Shown here: positions 7,946 through 17,222 of the stretch, in pieces | Layout: each line of letters starts with the position of its first letter | Position numbering within the stretch: the stretch's first letter is position 1 | Source: a virus | Length of the DNA: 64,000 nt | Virus record (IMG/VR): IMGVR_UViG_3300009528_000013 | Span: 53,771 to 117,770 of that record | Direction: 5' to 3' (one strand) | The notes under the pieces: generated by a model | What the model was told of the DNA's origin: nothing | What the model saw: only the letters and a program-made list of their open reading frames with translations | Databases searched by the model: none | Position numbers and translations under genes: made by a program

Positions 7946-10210
7946 GTGAAATTGAAAATTGATATTTTGGTTCCAACGAGAAATGGTCTGAGCGATTCTG
8001 TGCAGATGTTCGATTCTTTACAGAGGACAACCAGCCGGTACCGTTTAACCATAATTGATTCGGAGAGTTCAGACGGAACTCCAGAGTTCTTTGAAAGCCA
8101 GAGTATCCGGGTTCTGAGAGTTCGTGACCGAGGTTTCGGGCACGCCATAAACACGGGTCTGGAAATAGTTGAAAGCAATGTTTTTGTTCTTTTGAACAAT
8201 GATATAGTTCTTACCGAAGGGTGGCTCGAAGGCTTGCTCGATACGAAAGAACGAGCCGGGAAGAGCGTTGGTTTTGTGGGTCCGGTAAGCAATTACGCCA
8301 AGAATCATCAGAAGGTCGTGGTACCTGAGAGGGGGGCGCTCGAAGACTTTTCGAGAAAGCACCGGTCGGAACATGCTGGCATGATTACAGAAATCGGAAC
8401 TCTCGGATTTTTCTGCACCCTGCTTGATTCTGAGATGATCAATGAGGTCGGAGAGCTTGAAGAGTGGGGGCCGGGTGGTTTCGAGGACGATGACTATCAA
8501 ATTCGGGCGTGGGAAAAAGGCTGGAAAACGTTACTGAACAAAGAGGTCTTCATTTTTCACCGCGGAGGGCAGACCTTTCAGCGGGAATTTGGAGGTCAAG
8601 AACGGGTCTTTGATAACCGATTTCGGTACTACGAAAAGCATTACCGGCCGGAGCCGAAGATCGTTGCAATTTACCGGGTGCATAATGACAGAGATAATTT
8701 CATTGATTCCTTAGAACAGACTTCGAAGCAAGTTGATGTGATTTACGTTTTCGATGATCGGTCCGACCCTCCGTTACGTGAGATTATTCAACATTTTCCA
8801 AAAATCAAGAGGTACTACTACAAGGAGCCGGACCAGGGATTCGATGAATACGCAGATCGGATGGTCCTGTTGGGGTGGTTGGAAGGATGTGGTTGCGATT
8901 GGGCATTGGCTTTGGACTCCGACGAGCAGCTTGAAGGATATGTTACCTTTCAAAAGCTCCACGACCTCGTTCGAGTTCCAGATCCCTCAATTCGGCAGAT
9001 TATTTTTCCTGAGATCACCTTCTGGAATCGTACCCATTATCGGAATGACGGTCTCTGGGCCGATATGACGAGAGGAAAACTTTTCCGTATCGGGCCAGAA
9101 ATGAGTTTGAGCCGACACGGAAACAGACAGTCCTTGCCAGGGCTACACTGTTCATCGTTCCCCTTGTACCCGGAGGATTGCCGAAGAGGTACTACTCTTC
9201 GAGTTTTGCATTACGGATACAATTCGGAAGAACAGCGGGAAAGGAAGTTTGAATTTTACCAGGATGGAGACCAAGAGAAGAATGTCAATTGGATCGGTGC
9301 TCCTGACTACTCGCATCTCCGCGATGAGAGTCGGATGCTTCTCGTAAAATATGTACCGGGAGTACACGCCTCTCTGAACATCTTAGCTAGACTGGAGGAT
9401 TTAGCCGATCTCTCCGAAGTGCTACTCGAATCTTGGGGAGCGTTTCAACAACGATTGATTTATCTCGATCGGGATCCAGAGTTTTTTGTCGAACCCGATC
9501 ATCGGAGCCCAATTCTTCCCGACATCGATCAACTTAAAAAGCTTTTCCAGGTCGAAGTAATCTTCGGGAAATGCAAAGACTTTTCGGCTAAGCGAAATCT
9601 TCTTCTTTCGCAGTCGCAAGAAGATTGGGTTTTTTCTCTCGATACGGATGAACGATTTGAGGGCTGGCCGATCCTTCGAAAGTTGCTCGACTTTCCTACG
9701 GATGCCTGGATGTTTTGGGTCCAGAATCTTAGAAAGGACGGGCGGCATACGATTACCGAGCGTGTGCGGCTGTTTCATTTAGATAATCGGGTTCGTTGGT
9801 CGGGAGCGATTCATGAGCATATCGAAGTATCGGGAGCGGTCTCAGTTTCGCCCGTGGGAATTGTGCATCTGGGCTTTCTCAAAGAGGAAGAATTTCTTCA
9901 AGAAAAACTGCGAGACTACGAGGCAAAGATTCGTTCCGAATTAGAAAAAACTCCGAATGATCCGATCCTGCTTTTTTCATTGGCTCTTCATCTCCGAGAG
10001 AAGGGAGAAGACGGAGTAGTCGAGTTGTTGAGAAAAGCAATTCGGCTTGATCCGAAATTTGTTCAGGCAAGAACAGAATTGGGTTTGATTCTTCTTCGAG
10101 AGTCCCGGGATCACATTTCTTCAGCGGTGGACATTATGCCGGATTCTTATCCTCTGAAACAAAGCTACCAGACCTTACTTGGGAGCGTCAATGATTTCAC
10201 TCAGGATTAA
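7946..10210 (+). CDS. Triple GT2/GT-A glycosyltransferase with C-terminal TPR-like repeat
   Basis: Module 1 ILVPTRN...IIDSESSDGT...LLNNDIV...FEDDDY; module 2 VFDDRSD...LDSDE; module 3 DFSAKRN...LDTDERF...IHEHI; helical TPR-like end. Confidence 0.9.
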   Translation: MKLKIDILVPTRNGLSDSVQMFDSLQRTTSRYRLTIIDSESSDGTPEFFESQSIRVLRVRDRGFGHAINTGLEIVESNVFVLLNNDIVLTEGWLEGLLDTKERAGKSVGFVGPVSNYAKNHQKVVVPERGALEDFSRKHRSEHAGMITEIGTLGFFCTLLDSEMINEVGELEEWGPGGFEDDDYQIRAWEKGWKTLLNKEVFIFHRGGQTFQREFGGQERVFDNRFRYYEKHYRPEPKIVAIYRVHNDRDNFIDSLEQTSKQVDVIYVFDDRSDPPLREIIQHFPKIKRYYYKEPDQGFDEYADRMVLLGWLEGCGCDWALALDSDEQLEGYVTFQKLHDLVRVPDPSIRQIIFPEITFWNRTHYRNDGLWADMTRGKLFRIGPEMSLSRHGNRQSLPGLHCSSFPLYPEDCRRGTTLRVLHYGYNSEEQRERKFEFYQDGDQEKNVNWIGAPDYSHLRDESRMLLVKYVPGVHASLNILARLEDLADLSEVLLESWGAFQQRLIYLDRDPEFFVEPDHRSPILPDIDQLKKLFQVEVIFGKCKDFSAKRNLLLSQSQEDWVFSLDTDERFEGWPILRKLLDFPTDAWMFWVQNLRKDGRHTITERVRLFHLDNRVRWSGAIHEHIEVSGAVSVSPVGIVHLGFLKEEEFLQEKLRDYEAKIRSELEKTPNDPILLFSLALHLREKGEDGVVELLRKAIRLDPKFVQARTELGLILLRESRDHISSAVDIMPDSYPLKQSYQTLLGSVNDFTQD

Positions 10211-10712
10211 AGATCGTGCAACGCCCTATCTGAAGCAAGTTTATGGGCAAGAGATGAACCGAGTCATCAGGAACCTTTCGACAGCCGCTGACTTTATTCT
10301 GGAGAAGTTCCAGGATGCCACTTCGCCGAGTCCAAATTATAGTTTAGCCCAGCTTAAAGCGATGGGGTATCCTTACGGAATTTTACCAACAGTAAAACCC
10401 CGATCACCGATTCCTCATGCTCCTGAGTGGCTAATCAACCGGCAAACCGGGCAGCTTAACCGAGACTTGGCCGTTTTCCCGATTAACGTAACTGCCGAAT
10501 CAATTTGGATTCAGATCGGAGTAAAGAGAGGTTCGAAGACCGAAAAATACGGGCCGATGGTCATTCTCGGTACATCAAAAATGGTCGGAAGAAATTTTAT
10601 GATGGAGTCAGTGATGGGCAATCTTCAGATTATCCGCAAGCTGATGCTCCGAACCAGAATAAGGAAGGGAGCCGCGTGGAAAATAAAGACAGGGGCCCCG
10701 TGGCGTGATTAA
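10191..10712 (+). CDS. Neck/tail-completion protein (HK97 gp10-like)
   Basis: GGGAG SD and ATG at 10191; R-TG-L...YGPMVILGTSKMVGRNF motif. Confidence 0.7.
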   Translation: MISLRIKDRATPYLKQVYGQEMNRVIRNLSTAADFILEKFQDATSPSPNYSLAQLKAMGYPYGILPTVKPRSPIPHAPEWLINRQTGQLNRDLAVFPINVTAESIWIQIGVKRGSKTEKYGPMVILGTSKMVGRNFMMESVMGNLQIIRKLMLRTRIRKGAAWKIKTGAPWRD

Positions 10713-10727
10713 GATGGAGGTTCTCCC

Positions 10728-11120
10728 GTGGAAGGGACATGGAAAAAGAATCTCATTCAAATGCTGGTTCAGACAACCTCAATCCGGGATCAAGTCGGAT
10801 GGAGAGTTTACCCCGCTCGACTCGCGAGCGTTCAGGATCCGAAGTTTCCATGTATTAACTTTGAAACTGAAGGGGGCGCTTTTCCCTATCGAGGTGCTCC
10901 GTACTCAACTTTTTCAATTCGCTTTTGGTTTTACACCGAAGAATCAATGGGGGCCGCGCATAAATTATATGCGCTTGGAGATGCAGTCTTGAGAAACTCT
11001 ATCATCGTTGGCGAGGAAATGTCGGCTGTTTTGGATCCAGCGTCAAGACCAGTTGAAATTTCCGAGTCTGATTTGTTTTGTGAAACAGTCAACTATTTTG
11101 GGAGAGCAATTCATGGCTGA
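10728..11120 (+). CDS. Tail terminator (DUF3168/gp17-like)
   Basis: GGAGG SD and GTG; VGWRVYP...FPCINF motif; precedes the tail tube gene. Confidence 0.7.
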   Translation: MEGTWKKNLIQMLVQTTSIRDQVGWRVYPARLASVQDPKFPCINFETEGGAFPYRGAPYSTFSIRFWFYTEESMGAAHKLYALGDAVLRNSIIVGEEMSAVLDPASRPVEISESDLFCETVNYFGRAIHG

Positions 11121-11343
11121 AAATGAGTTGAAAGTAGGTACGCTGCCGTGGAAATGTGAGAATTGCAAAGCAAAACTTGGGATGCTTGATGTCGGTCGGA
11201 GTGTTCTGACGATCAAAGTCAAAGATGCTTACATCTGGGTCAGGAACGGGGATGTCTCGATGACTTGCCGGAATTGCGGATCCATCAATACGCTGGAGCA
11301 AGAGTCAGAACAAAGAGTTTCAGAGGAGTCAAAGGAGGGATAA
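11113..11343 (+). CDS. Small zinc-ribbon protein (Mu Com-like)
   Basis: WKCENCKAKLG...IKV...MTCRNCGSIN: two CxxC pairs. Confidence 0.6.
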   Translation: MAENELKVGTLPWKCENCKAKLGMLDVGRSVLTIKVKDAYIWVRNGDVSMTCRNCGSINTLEQESEQRVSEESKEG

Positions 11344-11346
11344 GAG

Positions 11347-11931
11347 ATGGGTGTCTTTAATATGCCGACCGTCGATGACAAACAGCTATCCTTCGGACCA
11401 GGAGTAGTCTCAATGGCTTTGGCTGGTGTAACGCCGACAGGTGACGTGGGTGCTGTTGATGTTGGAATGGTTTTGACTCATTCGGTCGATGCGCTGGATG
11501 CTTTGCAGGGATCGCCAAGAAGGATCGTTGCGAGTTTCCGGCAAGCCGAAGGAGTTACGTTCGCTTTCACCGGGCTTCAATGGAATCTCGCCAATATGAA
11601 GATGTACGTCGGTGGCGGAGAGTACACTGCAGCAGCATCGGATGAAACCTTTGGCTTCGGCGGTTCGTTGCGCTTTACCGAAGTATCGATGATATTGCGA
11701 CATCAGATGCCGCCGAATGTCGGAAAAACGGTTGGGGATACCATTGAGATCCGGATCTGGAAAGCACGCTCAATTGGCGATATGCCGATCGCTTTCTCCG
11801 AGGATTTACACACTTTCCCAGTCAGTTTCCAGGCGCTTGATGCAGGTTACGAGTGGGGGAACGATACGTGTCCGGCGATAACTGGTGACGAGCGGTACTA
11901 CCGGATGAATCGAGTTGTTGCACCTACATAA
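11347..11931 (+). CDS. Major tail tube protein
   Basis: LSFGPGVV...DVGAV...FTGLQWNLANM...FPVSFQAL pattern; located before chaperones and tape measure. Confidence 0.75.
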   Translation: MGVFNMPTVDDKQLSFGPGVVSMALAGVTPTGDVGAVDVGMVLTHSVDALDALQGSPRRIVASFRQAEGVTFAFTGLQWNLANMKMYVGGGEYTAAASDETFGFGGSLRFTEVSMILRHQMPPNVGKTVGDTIEIRIWKARSIGDMPIAFSEDLHTFPVSFQALDAGYEWGNDTCPAITGDERYYRMNRVVAPT

Positions 11932-12020
11932 AGCGTGGTAGTCACACAAATAGCAAACGACAGGCAACTCTAAATTTGGTTCAGGTCAGAGAGGCCGGAA
12001 AGAACCGAAAGGAGGTCAGC

Positions 12021-12461
12021 ATGTCGGGTCCCACAGTAGTGGCCGACGAGAAAGGTACCGACGAGAAGGACGAAGCTCAAATCTGGGGTGAGATTCCGGA
12101 GAAAGTCAAACTCACAACGATCGGTGGAGAAGAGATTGAGGTAGTTTTGAGATTTCCTGCGAAGAAAGAGCTTCAAGTTATCGCCGCGATTCGCAAGGAA
12201 ACTAAGAAAGCAGGATCGGAAGTTGAGAAGCTGGTGAATGAGGACCTGAACACCGTAGAGATGATCAATTTGGCGTTGGCGTACATCCCGGAGCTATCGA
12301 TTCAAGTGGCTGCACTCCTGATGGAAAGAGAAAAGACCTGGGTTGAAGAAAACCTGTCTTTCGCTTCTATCGCAAAGGTGGTGAAGCCTTTTTTTATGAG
12401 TTGGCTCGGCATCTTAGACCGGAAAACTCTGGAGACATTTCTACAGTTCGGTCTAAGTTAG
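12021..12461 (+). CDS. Tail assembly chaperone (gpG-like)
   Basis: GGAGG SD and ATG at 12021; acidic helical protein between tube and tape measure genes. Confidence 0.75.
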   Translation: MSGPTVVADEKGTDEKDEAQIWGEIPEKVKLTTIGGEEIEVVLRFPAKKELQVIAAIRKETKKAGSEVEKLVNEDLNTVEMINLALAYIPELSIQVAALLMEREKTWVEENLSFASIAKVVKPFFMSWLGILDRKTLETFLQFGLS

Positions 12462-12688
12462 GGATATCGAAAGTGCTCTGGTATTTTTCTTCGGAATTTG
12501 GATGGACGGTTGACGAGACTCTGAAGCGGACAATTGATGAGCTCGAATTGTTGCTCGAAGCAGGACTCGAGGTCGTTCACAGTGAATCTGGACAACAGCC
12601 CCGGAAACCGACTTTCCAAGCCTCAGATCCGGGTCAATTAGCAGCATTTGTGAGTCAGGTCGGAATTCAGATTCATCAGGAGGGATGA
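12389..12688 (+). CDS. gpT-like extension reached by -1 ribosomal frameshift at T-TTT-TTT (12389-12395)
   Basis: Zero frame reads CCT TTT TTT ATG; the -1 frame is open from 12347 to the stop at 12688 and encodes SEFGWTVDETLKRTIDELELLL. Confidence 0.75.
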   Translation, partial: FFYELARHLRPENSGDISTVRSKLGISKVLWYFSSEFGWTVDETLKRTIDELELLLEAGLEVVHSESGQQPRKPTFQASDPGQLAAFVSQVGIQIHQEG

Positions 12689-12689
12689 A

Positions 12690-15600
12690 ATGCCCGATCC
12701 GCAGGGTCTCGAAGCGACAGGAATAGCGCTTGGAACGCTTGCTATCACTTTACTGGCCCGAACGAAAGCTTTTCGGGATCAGATGGCTAAAGCGTTAAAT
12801 GCGCTGAAGAAGTTCAACGCCGAAGCTTCGAAACAGAAAGCGGCTTTCGCTGGAATGGCGAAAGCCGTTAGTGCATCGGTACGAGAGACAACGAGTGCGG
12901 TCACTGCCGGAACGAAGCAAACTCAGAGCGCAATGTCTGCGGTTAGCAAGCAGTACAAAACTTCCTCGGATCAGGCGCAAGCTTCTGGCAGGAAGACTCG
13001 CACCTCGGTTCAACAAACAGCCAGTACGATGGATAAGGCTGGAAAGCAGATGATATCCCGGGGCAAACAACAACTGGGCGCGATCATCTCATTTCAGGAG
13101 GGGGTCGCAAAGTTTATTAAATTGAACGTGAGATGGTTTGTGGTTTGGCGAAGTTTCTGGTTTTTGTGGTCGAAATTGCAAGATGCCTTAGAGAATATCA
13201 ATGTGCTGATGCATGAAACCTCATTGGCTCTTCGAACTGGTGCGGATGCCTTGAGTAACGAGGTCGAACTGCTGGTTAAACGGAATGCTCTAACCCGGGA
13301 AGCGATCCGGTTCACCGCGCAGCATACAAAAAGTCTCCGGGATTATATCAAGTCATTCTACTATCTGACGACCGCCGGCCTAGCTTGGAACGTTGCACAA
13401 GAGACGATTGATACCACGATGGAGACTGCCATCGCGCTCGATGAAGATGCCATTCAAACAACTCGAACGCTGACTTCGTTGTATAATGTCTTCGGAAAGA
13501 CGCTGACCACTGCTCGGACGCCAGTTGCGAAGATGCAGAAGATTTCGGCGATCCTAACCGCCACTTTTAGGCAACAAGACATTGAAATGGCGGATTACAA
13601 CAAGGCAATGACTTACGTCGGCGCTTTAAGTAAGACTGCCGGAGTTTCGTTAGAGGTTTTAGTTGCTTCGCTTGGAGTCTTAGGAACGCACTTTGTTAAA
13701 AGCTCGAAGGGTGGGACTGCTTTAGCTCGTACTTTCGCTCGACTGCTGAGGTATCCGGAGCGCCTTGCAAAAGTCACTGGCTTTGCTTTTGATCCGTCTA
13801 GGCCTCTGCAATTTGAACAAGCGGTGAGGTTGATTGGCCAGGAGCTTCGCAAGTCGTCTTCAGATACTGATGAATTTGCGGTCAGTACTCAGAAAGCTGC
13901 TGAGATGATTGATCTCTTGGGTTTACGTGGGATTCGAGTGATTACACTGGCTGAGAACTTTGAGAAGCTGGCCGAACAGATTCGGATAAACAGAGAAGCA
14001 ACTTATGATCTGGTCGAATCGATGGTTGCGCTGGTCGAATCCGACCCCTCCGCACAATTAAAAATACTCGGCAATGCCGTTTCGATGAACATTACAGCGA
14101 TGGTTCGGGGTGCGATTCAGACCCAAACGTTCTCGGGGCAACTTGCTTCTCTTAACAAGGTTCTTTTAAGAGCCATCGATTTGTCCGAAGATCTCGGTCG
14201 TGCGGTGGGAATGCTGCTAGGTTCTATAGAGAAAATTCCCGTGGCGCTGATTGCTTGGCGCCTGTCCTCTGGAAAAGCAATCGCTCCGACATCGGCGCTC
14301 GGAAAATGGGTTGATAGGCTTGGATTAAGTTTGCTCTTGGTAGGGAGAGCGTTCACTCGGACTAAGGTAAATCAGAGAGTGATCGGTCTTGGAGCGGCAA
14401 TGAAAGGCATTGTTGGGAACTTTACAAAGTTTGTCCCGGCGATTGGCCGAGTATTAGGAAGGCTTGGAAAATTCGCGGGTTGGTTCGGAATAGCAATTGG
14501 TGCGATGGGTGCTTTCGGTGTGGCCTGGGATGCGATAACTGGAAAATTTACGAAGAAGTCTATGCAGTTTGCTTTCGAAGAGGTAGCGATTCAGAAGGGT
14601 TTGCTTTCGAAGATTGCCTCCTTTCTTAGTCTTCGAAATCTTTCCTATCGGATTGCAAATTACAAGTTGATGAAAATGTGGGAGAAGAGAAGGGATGCCT
14701 ATGCAAAGGAGTTGGATAAGGAAGAATTGACTGAGACCGAGCACGCGCAAAGGATGCAGGAATACATGATCCGTACTTGGTCAATTTGGCTTGGAGTCGA
14801 AGAAACGCAACTGAGGAAGAGAATGGGTCTGATTACGGAGGCCGACGAAGAACTGATGGGCGAGCGAGTTCGTATCGAAGGTGAAACTCTACAGGAACTC
14901 CGAAAACTACAACAGTCCGGTTTAGAAAATCAGCTTTACGCTTTAGATCAGCGCATCATGGTCATGAAGGCAAAGGAAGCTGATGCCAGTCTGATCGAAA
15001 CTTATTTTACTACAAAAAGAGAGGCAATCTTTTCAAAGGCTTTGAAGGGACTCAGTGAAAAGTATCGTAAAGCTTGGGATGCAATGCGACAGACTCAGAA
15101 AACCTCGTTAGACAGACAGCTTGAGGATTCTCGGGCGGCAGGATCCGAGCTTGAAAAAATATACGCTCTGAATCTGTTAATCCGGGCTCGAATGCAGTAC
15201 GAAGCAGGAACTGCAGAAGCGGATATAATTTCCGATGCGATGAAAGCGCTGGAAAATGAAACGCTTGAAGGAATGAACGCGATAGAAATGGCTCGGATAC
15301 AAGCAAGGCACTACGGTTTGGATGACCTGTATGAATTGCTTCAGGAGTCGGCGGACAAAGAAAAATTACTTCAGGTCAATAAAGGGATCGCCCTGCTCCA
15401 GATTGAAAAGAAGGCGCTTAAAGAGTTGACAGGTCTTTTGAAGGAGCAGACAAACTTTCGCCACGGGAAATTGATCGCGGGCGGCAAAAAAGACCTGGTA
15501 GCCTTGAAACAGAATTACGAAAAACGGAAGACGGCGGCCGCAGAAGAGGTTGCAGAAATTACTGAATCTAGAGAAGCGAGTCAAAGTGCACAGACGGCTG

Positions 15601-17222
15601 CAACCAAAGCGCATCAAAAGGCATTGACCAAGCTTACCGTACAAAACGAAATTGAACGTTCTGAAATTGAAGCACATTGGGCGAAGAAAAGAGCAGATCT
15701 CCGAGCGAAAAATACCGTCGAAAATTACCGTCAGACTGTCACAGCGTGGCAAAACATTGCGAAAAGAATCGGTGACATTCATCGGAAGCATCTGGATAAT
15801 ATCGAAAAACAGCGCGCGGTGAGTACTGAAAAAGAGATTACCGATGCGGACGAAAGGAAAAAAGTTCTTGAGAAGTTAGACGAGGATGAGGTTGTAAGCA
15901 CGATCTGGCGCGATGTGGCGCTCTATAAGGCAAGGTTTAAGGAAGCTGAGGCCTATTTCAAGTATCTGCTTAGAGTCAAGCAGCACGTAGTCAAGGCACT
16001 TACGGAAGATGACCAGGAGATGGCCGATTCGAGCAGTCGTGCCTGGATAAGTATCATGGCTGGTATGACCGGTGCTTCGGAAGATTACTTGAAACGAATT
16101 GGAACATTTTCAGACATGGTAAAAAGGATATTCAGTAGGCTCTATCAGGATTTGGAAAATGTGATTTCCTCCTCACTTCAGAAGATGATCGGGTTAGAAG
16201 ATGAATACAGTCGAGAATCTCTGGAATTGATTGCGGAAAGAAACGAAGAGCGGAAACAGAGACTCAGAGATGATCTTGAAGAGGGAAAAATCAATCGTGA
16301 ACGATATTACCTCGAACTCGATGAAATGGATCGGAAGTTTACTGAGGAAGTCGAAAATCGGCGCAGGGGCTTCACAAAAAATATGGGTGAACTGTGGAAG
16401 AGCCTACAAAGAACTGCGTTGGCGGAATTTTCTAAACTGATAGTTGGAATCATTGCAGAGAGCATGAAGAAACTGGCGGTCGAGAAGGGGATCACTAAAG
16501 CGGTAGTTTCTGAACAGACGGCACAAGGAGTCTCTAAGCTCTGGAATTGGTTCACAGGGCTCGGCCCGATTGGAATGGTTATCGGTGCGGGTGTCGTCGC
16601 CGGTTTCATTGCAAAAATGACCGGGTTGGTTAAGTTTGCTAAAGGTGGGGTTGTCAAAAAGCGAACCGCTGCTCTCATTGGTGAGGAAGGCCCGGAAGCC
16701 GTGATCCCTTTAGAGAGGAGAAAAGGGAAGCTCGGAGTTTCGGAGCGCGGGCGAGAGATTCTTCAGCCGCTTCTCGGTCTTTTTGCCAAAGGCGGGATCA
16801 TCAAGAAAAAAACGGCTGCTCTCATTGGCGAGGAAGGCCCAGAAGCTGTAATTCCATTGACGCGGAAAGCGGGGAGACTGGGAATTTCGGAACGAGGGCG
16901 AGAGATTCTTCAGCCGCTTCTCGGTCTTGAAGAGACGATTCCATCGCTGCTTCGGTCCGCTGCTCAAACTGAAGGTTTGATTCGATTAAGTCCCGAGGCG
17001 ACTGCTGCTCTTGGTGCAAGATCAAGACCGGCTTCTATGAAAACGGAACAGAAGGTAGATATTAGCGTGACTTTTGAAGGCGATACGATTGACTTTACTG
17101 GTAGCGTTCCGATGATCAACGACATAACCACGATTGACAAAGTTTATGAAGATATTTGGTTGCCTGCGAAGCGGCGCAGGATCGAGCGTTTGAAGGAGAC
17201 GATTGCGGAGGTAATCGAATGA
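12690..17222 (+). CDS. Tape measure protein (TP901-like core)
   Basis: 1510 aa helical protein; MTYVGALSKTAGVSLE...SKGGTAL core; C-terminal FAKGG...GEEGPEAVIPL. Confidence 0.92.
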   Translation: MPDPQGLEATGIALGTLAITLLARTKAFRDQMAKALNALKKFNAEASKQKAAFAGMAKAVSASVRETTSAVTAGTKQTQSAMSAVSKQYKTSSDQAQASGRKTRTSVQQTASTMDKAGKQMISRGKQQLGAIISFQEGVAKFIKLNVRWFVVWRSFWFLWSKLQDALENINVLMHETSLALRTGADALSNEVELLVKRNALTREAIRFTAQHTKSLRDYIKSFYYLTTAGLAWNVAQETIDTTMETAIALDEDAIQTTRTLTSLYNVFGKTLTTARTPVAKMQKISAILTATFRQQDIEMADYNKAMTYVGALSKTAGVSLEVLVASLGVLGTHFVKSSKGGTALARTFARLLRYPERLAKVTGFAFDPSRPLQFEQAVRLIGQELRKSSSDTDEFAVSTQKAAEMIDLLGLRGIRVITLAENFEKLAEQIRINREATYDLVESMVALVESDPSAQLKILGNAVSMNITAMVRGAIQTQTFSGQLASLNKVLLRAIDLSEDLGRAVGMLLGSIEKIPVALIAWRLSSGKAIAPTSALGKWVDRLGLSLLLVGRAFTRTKVNQRVIGLGAAMKGIVGNFTKFVPAIGRVLGRLGKFAGWFGIAIGAMGAFGVAWDAITGKFTKKSMQFAFEEVAIQKGLLSKIASFLSLRNLSYRIANYKLMKMWEKRRDAYAKELDKEELTETEHAQRMQEYMIRTWSIWLGVEETQLRKRMGLITEADEELMGERVRIEGETLQELRKLQQSGLENQLYALDQRIMVMKAKEADASLIETYFTTKREAIFSKALKGLSEKYRKAWDAMRQTQKTSLDRQLEDSRAAGSELEKIYALNLLIRARMQYEAGTAEADIISDAMKALENETLEGMNAIEMARIQARHYGLDDLYELLQESADKEKLLQVNKGIALLQIEKKALKELTGLLKEQTNFRHGKLIAGGKKDLVALKQNYEKRKTAAAEEVAEITESREASQSAQTAATKAHQKALTKLTVQNEIERSEIEAHWAKKRADLRAKNTVENYRQTVTAWQNIAKRIGDIHRKHLDNIEKQRAVSTEKEITDADERKKVLEKLDEDEVVSTIWRDVALYKARFKEAEAYFKYLLRVKQHVVKALTEDDQEMADSSSRAWISIMAGMTGASEDYLKRIGTFSDMVKRIFSRLYQDLENVISSSLQKMIGLEDEYSRESLELIAERNEERKQRLRDDLEEGKINRERYYLELDEMDRKFTEEVENRRRGFTKNMGELWKSLQRTALAEFSKLIVGIIAESMKKLAVEKGITKAVVSEQTAQGVSKLWNWFTGLGPIGMVIGAGVVAGFIAKMTGLVKFAKGGVVKKRTAALIGEEGPEAVIPLERRKGKLGVSERGREILQPLLGLFAKGGIIKKKTAALIGEEGPEAVIPLTRKAGRLGISERGREILQPLLGLEETIPSLLRSAAQTEGLIRLSPEATAALGARSRPASMKTEQKVDISVTFEGDTIDFTGSVPMINDITTIDKVYEDIWLPAKRRRIERLKETIAEVIE
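16635..16928 (+). repeat. In-frame 147-bp (49-aa) tandem duplication in the tape measure C-terminus
   Basis: FAKGGVVKKRTAALIGEEGPEAVIPLERRKGKLGVSERGREILQPLLGL followed by FAKGGIIKKKTAALIGEEGPEAVIPLTRKAGRLGISERGREILQPLLGL. Confidence 0.9.
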
